Shown in pieces: positions 9,143 to 15,903 of a stretch of DNA of 34,661 nucleotides. A program made the translations under genes and the position numbers. The DNA lies in contig JAHEZG010000003.1 of assembly GCA_023251195.1 (NCBI GenBank), positions 1-34,661 of the forward strand, written 5' to 3'. Each line of letters begins with the position of its first letter. Within the stretch, counting starts at the first letter, position 1. The notes below the pieces were generated by a model, which was not told where the DNA came from, did no database searches, and saw only the letters and a program-made list of their open reading frames with translations. This DNA is from Chitinophagaceae bacterium. Lineage in GTDB: Bacteria > Bacteroidota > Bacteroidia > Chitinophagales > UBA10324.

Positions 9143-10807
9143 TCAGTTCACATCGATTTCATAGTGATGGCTGTGTTTCCACTTCTTTGATTTGGGTTGG
9201 TCGTTTCCAAAATCTTTACATTCCAATCCATTTTTTGTCATCAGCCAGGTGTGACCACCCATTTCCCAATCATAAGTATCAGTTGTGTTAGCAACATTGG
9301 ATAAAATCATCCGTGTATCTTTCTCTAAATAAACTGATTTACCGACTGGCAATTTCAAAATCACATCTACATTTTGTCCGCGGAATTTATTGTTAGTTTC
9401 GATCAGACAAACAGGTGATAGCGTTAAAGTATTTCCACTCATTACATAATGGTATTCAGTTTCGCTTGCTAATTTTCTTGCTTCCATTGAAGTGCTTCCT
9501 CGCGAGCGACAAATAATTATCAGTTCAGCTGAATCAGTTTTTGAAGGTTGAATGTCGAGTGATACAGTTCTGATGTAAAGCGAATCTTCTTTGTCGGTTA
9601 TATAAATGCCATCCAAAAATTCGCTGTATTCTTTTTCCTTTTCACGCCATTCGGTTTTGTTCGGACTTACATCTAATTTCAAAGTGTCGCCTGCAATTGC
9701 AAGTGAAATTGCCTCACGATTGGTTCCTTCTTTCGCAAATTCTTTTCCGAGTTTCACGCCTTGGTAAGTTGCCATTCCTACACCGGCGAGCCAAAAAATC
9801 AACATTACTAATCCGATTCTTTTCAGGTGAAGATTTACATTGAATAAAATTCTGATTCCATTCAATAATAAAAGCACGAGCGGAATTCCAACTACCAAAA
9901 TAGAACCGGTCACCAACCATCCGACATCAATCGGTGAAAACAACATGTGCGTGAAAACTGTTGGCATAGCGAATGAAAAAACTCCGAACAAACTGAACAC
10001 GGCAATCGTTAGCCCAACTAAAAGTGCAATACTTATAAGCGTGATAAAAAATCCGAAAATTTTTCCAATCACCTGAAAAACACGGGTGAAAACTTCACCT
10101 ATAAATGACCCGACACGCGCTGAATTGTTTCTGATTTTCTGACGAGTATTTTCTGAATTCATTTCTTTACCGAATTCCTGCACGCGGTCTTTTACAGAAT
10201 TCATTTCTTCACGAATATTTTTTTCGATGTTCGAAATGTTTACACGCTCGCCGCGCATTTCTAATTTTTCGGCAGTGGTTTTTGCAGAAGGAATAATCAA
10301 CCAAAGAATTAAGTATAAAATCAAACCGGTTCCGGCAAAGAAGAATGAAAGCGCAAAAGCCAATCGCAACCATATCGGGTCGAAATCGAAATAAGCCGCA
10401 ATGCCCGAACAAACTCCTCCGAATACTTTTTCGTCAGGGTTACGGTAAAATCTTTTGTTGCCGCTTGTAGTGTAAGTGGTTCCGGTTGATGATGAGGAAG
10501 TTGATTGTGAAGATGATGACTGCGAAGATTGTTGAGTGCTTTCTGCACCTGCAACTTCTTCCGGATTTCCCATTGCATCAATCACAGCATTCACTTCATC
10601 AAGTGTGATTACATTTTTTGCTTCAGAAACTTTTTCTGAAAACATTTCTGCAATCCGACTTTCAATGTCGTGAATGATTTCGTCATTGCCTTGTGTGGCG
10701 CTGAAATGACTTTTTAATTTTTCGAGATATTGCTTCAGTTTGTCGTAAGCATTCTCATCTATATGGAAAACAATTCCACTTAGGTTGATGGTGATAGTTC
10801 TGTTCAT
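9143..10807 (-). CDS. PspC domain-containing envelope stress protein (long Bacteroidota form)
   Basis: PspC motif FYRNPDEKVFGGVCSGIAAYFDFDPIWLRLAFAL followed by several TM helices and a large C-terminal extracytoplasmic domain. Starts 3 nt after the padR stop. Confidence 0.85.
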   Translation of the reverse strand: MNRTITINLSGIVFHIDENAYDKLKQYLEKLKSHFSATQGNDEIIHDIESRIAEMFSEKVSEAKNVITLDEVNAVIDAMGNPEEVAGAESTQQSSQSSSSQSTSSSSTGTTYTTSGNKRFYRNPDEKVFGGVCSGIAAYFDFDPIWLRLAFALSFFFAGTGLILYLILWLIIPSAKTTAEKLEMRGERVNISNIEKNIREEMNSVKDRVQEFGKEMNSENTRQKIRNNSARVGSFIGEVFTRVFQVIGKIFGFFITLISIALLVGLTIAVFSLFGVFSFAMPTVFTHMLFSPIDVGWLVTGSILVVGIPLVLLLLNGIRILFNVNLHLKRIGLVMLIFWLAGVGMATYQGVKLGKEFAKEGTNREAISLAIAGDTLKLDVSPNKTEWREKEKEYSEFLDGIYITDKEDSLYIRTVSLDIQPSKTDSAELIIICRSRGSTSMEARKLASETEYHYVMSGNTLTLSPVCLIETNNKFRGQNVDVILKLPVGKSVYLEKDTRMILSNVANTTDTYDWEMGGHTWLMTKNGLECKDFGNDQPKSKKWKHSHHYEIDVN

Positions 10808-10810
10808 GAC

Positions 10811-11146
10811 TTAATGGGATTTTTTTGTGGTTAATGAAACAGCCGCTTCCAGTTCGGTCCAGGTCTTTTGCAATTCTTTCAGAAATTTTTCGCCAAGCCC
10901 TGTGAGCTTGTAGTATTTCCGGGGTGGTCCGCTCTTACTCTCTACCCATTGGTAGGTGAGGTAACCATCGTTTTTGAGGCGCGTGAGAATCGGGTACAGT
11001 GTTCCTTCCACCACCAGCAACTTTGCAATCTTCATCTTCTCAATAATTTCTGAAGCATAGCATTCGTCGTCGCTGTAAATGATGGAGAGAATACAGAACT
11101 CCAGGATTCCCTTTCGCATCTGTGCTTTAGTATTCTCGATGTCCAT
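10811..11146 (-). CDS. PadR family transcriptional regulator
   Basis: Winged-helix PadR signature (ILEFCILSII...EGTLYPILTRLKNDGYLTYQWVESKSGPPRKYYKLTGLG). The ATG at 11146 (MDIENTK) is preferred to the one at 11185. Confidence 0.88.
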   Translation of the reverse strand: MDIENTKAQMRKGILEFCILSIIYSDDECYASEIIEKMKIAKLLVVEGTLYPILTRLKNDGYLTYQWVESKSGPPRKYYKLTGLGEKFLKELQKTWTELEAAVSLTTKKSH

Positions 11147-11170
11147 GATTTGAAATTTTGTTTGACGATG

Positions 11171-11210
11171 CAAATATAAATACAAAACCTTGAACTATGC
11201 AATACATAGT
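11171..11210 (-). promoter_or_regulatory. Putative Bacteroidota-type promoter of the padR operon with an overlapping palindromic operator
   Basis: On the minus strand, TATATTTG (plus 11171-11178) fits the -7 consensus TAnnTTTG, 25 nt from the ATG. A TTG lies 21 nt upstream, inside the palindrome ACTATG-caata-CATAGT (11194-11210). Confidence 0.35.
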
Positions 11211-11408
11211 ACCATTTATATTTTAGTAGTGGCTTTAGAATGGTAGTGGGTTAAGAATTTAATTTCATCATTTCTCCAATGAAAAATTTGGTTTTATCTG
11301 TTCGGAATTTCTTTGGAAAATAATTTAAAAATTCTTTAAAATATTTTTTTGAAAAGGCAGAATTGAAATAAATCGTTAAAACGATTTTGGGTTGATATGA
11401 TTTTTAAC

Positions 11409-11432
11409 AGCCCACGGTTTAAACCGTGGGCT
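11409..11432. repeat. Perfect 24-bp palindrome AGCCCACGGTTTAAACCGTGGGCT
   Basis: Read directly: agcccacggttt (11409-11420) is the exact reverse complement of aaaccgtgggct (11421-11432). It is GC-rich within an AT-rich divergent intergenic region. Confidence 0.9.
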
Positions 11433-11508
11433 ATGATTGCGATTGAATATTTCAATGGCTTTAGCCATTTCATTTAATACCTTCACAAAAATTGAAAAAT
11501 CAGATTTC

Positions 11509-12030
11509 ATGGCAACCACTTCAAACAGAAAATTAAGTGTAACAGTATTTATTTCTATCGTTTCAATAAGTGCAGCAACTATTTTCAGTTATAAATATTT
11601 TAAAACAAAAGAGGAATTGATAACAGTCACTCAGCAATATCATGAACTGATTCAGTTGAATGCTTCGAAGGAAAAACAAATTGAAACCAACGATTTCAGC
11701 AAGCAGTACGACAGTGAAATTGAAACAGTAAAGCGAAACCTGAACAGTAATCTGCGCGTGGTGACAGATGGATTTGATGTGAAGCCGCTCGGCGGAATTT
11801 ATAATGCTTATATAAAAGTGATTAACAATACCGACTACCAGATGGAATCCATTGAGATGCGCGTTTCATACCTGAACGATAAAGGTGCTGAGGTTGATTA
11901 CTTAACCGGACCGTATTTTAAAATTCCACCCAACTCAACCAAGCGAATTAAAATCAGAGATTCAAAAAGAGGTACACAGTTGAAAACTGCCATTACAAAA
12001 GTTTATTGTTCGGCTTTGGGATTGAATTAA
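11509..12030 (+). CDS. Hypothetical membrane-anchored protein
   Basis: The ATG at 11509 gives MATTSNRKLSVTVFISIVSISAATIFSY (one TM helix), then a coiled-coil-like stretch and a beta-rich C-terminal domain. No recognisable family. The upstream part of the ORF runs through the palindromes. Confidence 0.55.
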   Translation: MATTSNRKLSVTVFISIVSISAATIFSYKYFKTKEELITVTQQYHELIQLNASKEKQIETNDFSKQYDSEIETVKRNLNSNLRVVTDGFDVKPLGGIYNAYIKVINNTDYQMESIEMRVSYLNDKGAEVDYLTGPYFKIPPNSTKRIKIRDSKRGTQLKTAITKVYCSALGLN

Positions 12031-12060
12031 AATGTAAAATTGCATCCCAATAAATTCATT

Positions 12061-12574
12061 ATGAAAATGAAACCCTGGTTAAAAATATTGTTGTTCTGCA
12101 TTGCTGTTTCTTCGTTTGTTGGTTGCGACCAGGTGACAAAGAATTTAGCGAAAACCCATTGTTTCTTATCTCAACAACACTTTTGTGTTGAAGTATGCCG
12201 AGAACACCGGTGCATTTTTAAGTATGGGAAACGAACTTTCTGATACAGTAAGTTTATGGATTTTTATTGCGCTGCCCATTATTTTTCTGATTGGATTATT
12301 TGTTTTTGTGTTGCTGAAATTGCGCGATTTGAGTTTGATGAAGTTGCTTGGCTTCGCATTAATACTGGCAGGAGGAATGGGCAATGTGATTGACCGCATT
12401 TTATACGACCGACATGTAACTGATTTTATGATTCTCGGTATTCAGAATGTGCGCACCGGCATTTTCAATTTTGCCGATTTGTTTGTTTCGGTTGGGGTTG
12501 TTACACTTCTGCTTTTTTATCGCGGCAAGAAAGATGAAAATCTGAAAGTGTCAGAAAACCAGTCGACAGAATAG
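12061..12574 (+). pseudogene. lspA: Lipoprotein signal peptidase II, interrupted by a single-base frameshift at the A run 12151-12154
   Basis: N-terminus (MKMKPWLKILLFCIAVSSFVGCDQVTKNLA) is in frame 1. The rest (KPIVSYLNNTFVLKYAENTGAFLSMG...GGMGNVIDRI...IFNFADLF) is in frame 2. Both catalytic-Asp motifs (NxxDR and FNxAD) are present. Confidence 0.8.
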
Positions 12575-12690
12575 TAAGGCTGTTTTATTGCTTTTACTTT
12601 AGCGGAATTATTGCAACTGCTACCCAACTAATCAGGTATCAATTTTCGTGTATGCAGATGGAGTGATAATTCTAATTAAAATTGAGTGAA

Positions 12691-13620
12691 ATGAAAATTA
12701 AATTTTTAATTCTGTTCGTTGTTTGCGCTTTGTTAGCAATAAAATCGCAGGCACAGCTTTTTTTTACTGTTTCAGGTCAACTTTCAAATACAAATTTTGC
12801 CATTGTTGCAATTGCTATTGAACATTCTGATTCAATGGGATTTCCAATGGTTGATAGTACGAATACAGATACAGCAGGATTTTTCAATCTCACATTTTTC
12901 CTTAATTCATTTGATTCAATTAAATGCAGTTATACGAATTGCATTGGTGTAGTAAACGATACTATCTTTCCTCCTTTCGGCTCTGTCCAATCAGTTTGGA
13001 ATTCAGATTACTGTCCCAATGTTCCTCCCCCTCCCGATTCATGCACTGTAACATTCGCCTCTAACTACTGCACCTGCAACGATACTTTCTTTCTTGAGTT
13101 GGATACTTCAGGTTTAGGTAATAAAACTTTGCTCTGGAATTTCGGTGATGGAAATTCTTCCACTCAAACTTTTCCCTATCATGTTTTCAGTTCACACAAT
13201 TTATTTGATGTATGCCTCAATGTGATTTCATCAACTACTCAGGATACAGTTTGCAGTTTTTGTCATCAGATTGGTTTTGATAACAATGGAAATGTGGTGA
13301 CACGAACAGAAGGTTCCGGTCTGATTATAAAAGTGATTCCACCAGGAACAAAAATTATTGACGAGGTTCTTTCGAATTCCATTTCTGTTTTTCCAAATCC
13401 TTCAGGTGATAATGCAAGTGTGAATTTTTATACTGATGAGGAAAATATATTCGAACTGAAAATCTTCAACCTGATTGGTCAGGAAGTAAAATCATTTTCG
13501 GAAAAAGCAGTGAAGGGAAACAACACTTACCCTATTAATTTGAATGAACTCGCCACCGGAAATTATTATATCACTGTAAAATCCGGAAGAAAAAGATTGA
13601 CGACTGTGTTTGCTAAATGA
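12691..13620 (+). CDS. T9SS-sorted secreted protein with one PKD-like module
   Basis: Signal peptide ending SQAQ. PKD-like core LLWNFGDGNSSTQTFPYHVF...VCLNV. C-terminal type-A T9SS sorting domain (ISVFPNPSGDNASVNFY...GNYYITVKSG...). The ATG at 12691 is preferred to the TTG at 12682. Confidence 0.8.
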   Translation: MKIKFLILFVVCALLAIKSQAQLFFTVSGQLSNTNFAIVAIAIEHSDSMGFPMVDSTNTDTAGFFNLTFFLNSFDSIKCSYTNCIGVVNDTIFPPFGSVQSVWNSDYCPNVPPPPDSCTVTFASNYCTCNDTFFLELDTSGLGNKTLLWNFGDGNSSTQTFPYHVFSSHNLFDVCLNVISSTTQDTVCSFCHQIGFDNNGNVVTRTEGSGLIIKVIPPGTKIIDEVLSNSISVFPNPSGDNASVNFYTDEENIFELKIFNLIGQEVKSFSEKAVKGNNTYPINLNELATGNYYITVKSGRKRLTTVFAK

Positions 13621-13624
13621 ATGA

Positions 13625-14191
13625 ATGACGGAACAATTAATCAATAACGAACTGATTAAATCCTGCATTAACCAGGACCGAAGAGCACAAAACATGCTTT
13701 ACAAAAATTCCTATGCCCGCCTCATGAACATCTGCCGTCGCTATGCCCGCAACAGTGAGGAAGCGAGGGAGCTATTCACGATAGGGTTTCTCAAAATTCT
13801 GAACAATTTAGAGAAATATCAATCACAAATGCCGTTCGAATCATGGATTTCAAGAGTGATGATTAACACCATAATTGACGAACACCGCAAGCATTTAAAT
13901 TTCAATCAGCATCATCAGTTTGTTGATAGTGATGAACTGGAATTTAAAAATGCAGCGGACATAAATGAATACGAAAAGCAAATGAACACCGAGCAGGCAC
14001 TGAGCATGCTCAAACAATTACCTGAAGCAACACGAAAAGTTTTTTCGCTTTTTGCAATTGATGAATACACCCACAAAGAAATTGCGGCGGCGCTCGGCAT
14101 TTCAGAAAACACAAGCAAGTGGCATGTGAGTGATGCGCGGAAAAAACTAATGAAACAATTGAGTACAACTTTTAAAACAGAACAAGTCTGA
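13625..14191 (+). CDS. ECF-type RNA polymerase sigma-70 family factor
   Basis: Region 2 (ARELFTIGFLKILNNLEKYQSQMPFESWISRVMINTIIDEHRK) and the region 4 HTH (LPEATRKVFSLFAIDEYTHKEIAAALGISENTSKWHVSDARKKL). Starts 4 nt after the upstream stop. Confidence 0.88.
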   Translation: MTEQLINNELIKSCINQDRRAQNMLYKNSYARLMNICRRYARNSEEARELFTIGFLKILNNLEKYQSQMPFESWISRVMINTIIDEHRKHLNFNQHHQFVDSDELEFKNAADINEYEKQMNTEQALSMLKQLPEATRKVFSLFAIDEYTHKEIAAALGISENTSKWHVSDARKKLMKQLSTTFKTEQV

Positions 14192-15795
14192 TGGAAAACA
14201 AAAAGAAAAATCCACTCGACGAATTGTTCAGACGAAAGCTGAATGAAGAGCAGCTTGCGCCCGACGATTTATTGTGGGATGAAATTGAAACAAAACTGGA
14301 AGCGAAAAAACCAAGCCGTCGTTTTGGATTGTGGTTTTTGATTGGTGCACTTTTGTTGTGCGGAGTTGCTTCGTACTTCGCGTTCTTCAATAATCATTCT
14401 TCCGTTTCTCCTGTTGTAGCTGAGAATATTGCTTCAGCTGAAAATAAAATTTCAGGTAATGAAATTCCATCGAATTCAACTTCCTCCTCAACTGCAAATA
14501 CAATTTCCTCCTCAACTGATTCTGTTTCTGCCGATAACTCTTCAACTATCAATTCAACTTTGAACGCTTCTGATTCAAAATCAAATGCAAACGATGTAAA
14601 TAAAAATTCATCTGTAGAAAAAAATAATTCTTCGGTTGGAAATCAATCAACCAGTTCAAAAAATTCTTCTTCAGTAAATAAAACAACAGTTGTAAAAAAC
14701 CCTTCTTCCGGAAATTTATCTGTTTCAAGTAAAAATGCTGATAAGCCAATTGAAAAAAAACCTTCGAATGAAATTAAAATGAAGAATGAAAATTCTTCCG
14801 TCACAAATTCAAATTCAGTGAGCAATTCAAAAACTGAAATTGATAATTCGCAGAAAGAGGTTTCTAATCCCCATTCAAATTCAAAGAATGAAACTGGAAA
14901 TCCTGTTTCGGAAAATTCAGCTTCACCTACCGGAACTAATTCGAATGATTCAATAACTCAAAACCAAAATCCAAATACAATCAACAATGAAATTTCTGCT
15001 ACTAATGAAAATAAAAATTTACCTGATACTGCTGCGGTTATAAAAACCGGAGGAACACCAGACCCAATTACTGCAAATCCGATTGCAAATGGGAAAAAAT
15101 CAAAATGGTTTGTTGAGATTGGAAGCAGTTTCATGAATAACACTCCATGGCTGGGCGGTCATTTAAAAAGCATGGCGCAAGGAATGGATACTTTGTATTA
15201 TACAGCCAGGTATAAAAATGAAAAATCTGCAACCACATTCAATTACAATTTCAATATCGGAATGAATGTTAAAAATTTTCAATTCAAATCCGGTATTGAT
15301 GTAATGCGTTTCGGCGAAAACATTCAATACGATAATCTCGGTTTGTGTTTTACCATTGAGGGCAATCCAACTCTTGGGTATGATACTTTACAGGTGCACA
15401 CACAGGCGAATAATACTATTGCATCACGCAATGGGAAATCAGTAAACACTTATCTCGGCATTCCGCTTCAGGTAAATTATTCCATCCCATTAAAAATTCT
15501 GAAGCTGCAATTTGGAATTGGTGGATTTGCCTCCACTCCAATTAAATGGAATTCGTACTACTTAAATAAAACTGTTACCGGTCTGGAAAATCCATATAAT
15601 TCGAAAATGATTAACAGCATTGTTTTGGGTTATTCATTCAATGCCGGAGTTGCTGTTCCAATTTCAAAACATTTTGATGCAGTATTCAATTATAATTTCC
15701 GACAAACTATGAGTCCGATTGAAAAAACAGAATACGGAACTAAAAAAGTTTTTAAATCATCCGGTGCGGAATTCAGTCTGAGATATAATTTCTGA
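14191..15795 (+). CDS. Sigma-coupled envelope protein with four parts: anti-sigma-like cytoplasmic stub, one TM helix, Ser/Asn-rich linker, and C-terminal outer-membrane beta-barrel-like domain
   Basis: Its ATG overlaps the sigma stop (TGATG). Residues 1-44 are charged. The TM helix is residues 45-66 (FGLWFLIGALLLCGVASYFAFF). Residues about 67-300 are low complexity. Residues about 306-534 have an alternating strand pattern and end in SLRYNF. Confidence 0.7.
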   Translation: MENKKKNPLDELFRRKLNEEQLAPDDLLWDEIETKLEAKKPSRRFGLWFLIGALLLCGVASYFAFFNNHSSVSPVVAENIASAENKISGNEIPSNSTSSSTANTISSSTDSVSADNSSTINSTLNASDSKSNANDVNKNSSVEKNNSSVGNQSTSSKNSSSVNKTTVVKNPSSGNLSVSSKNADKPIEKKPSNEIKMKNENSSVTNSNSVSNSKTEIDNSQKEVSNPHSNSKNETGNPVSENSASPTGTNSNDSITQNQNPNTINNEISATNENKNLPDTAAVIKTGGTPDPITANPIANGKKSKWFVEIGSSFMNNTPWLGGHLKSMAQGMDTLYYTARYKNEKSATTFNYNFNIGMNVKNFQFKSGIDVMRFGENIQYDNLGLCFTIEGNPTLGYDTLQVHTQANNTIASRNGKSVNTYLGIPLQVNYSIPLKILKLQFGIGGFASTPIKWNSYYLNKTVTGLENPYNSKMINSIVLGYSFNAGVAVPISKHFDAVFNYNFRQTMSPIEKTEYGTKKVFKSSGAEFSLRYNF

Positions 15796-15903
15796 AATAA
15801 ATAACTTCAACCCAACTTTTCAATTATTAATATCCGTTTATAACAGTAAGAATGCATTGAAGCTTCAACCAAAAATCAAACGATACTTTTAAACTTTAAT
15901 AAA

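Noticed and set aside
12040-12060. Upstream TTG starts offered by the ORF track for lspA (12040), gatB (1082), the peroxidase (5186) and the T9SS gene (12682).
   Set aside because: In each case a nearby in-frame ATG yields a canonical N-terminus (signal peptide or conserved family start). The extra residues add nothing recognisable.
14400-15100. A low-complexity stretch of DNA that looks like a satellite or VNTR.
   Set aside because: It is in frame and encodes the Ser/Asn-rich linker of the sigma-coupled protein. The only clear DNA-level repeat is ttcctcctcaactg, present twice (14481-14494 and 14505-14518). There is no regular tandem unit.
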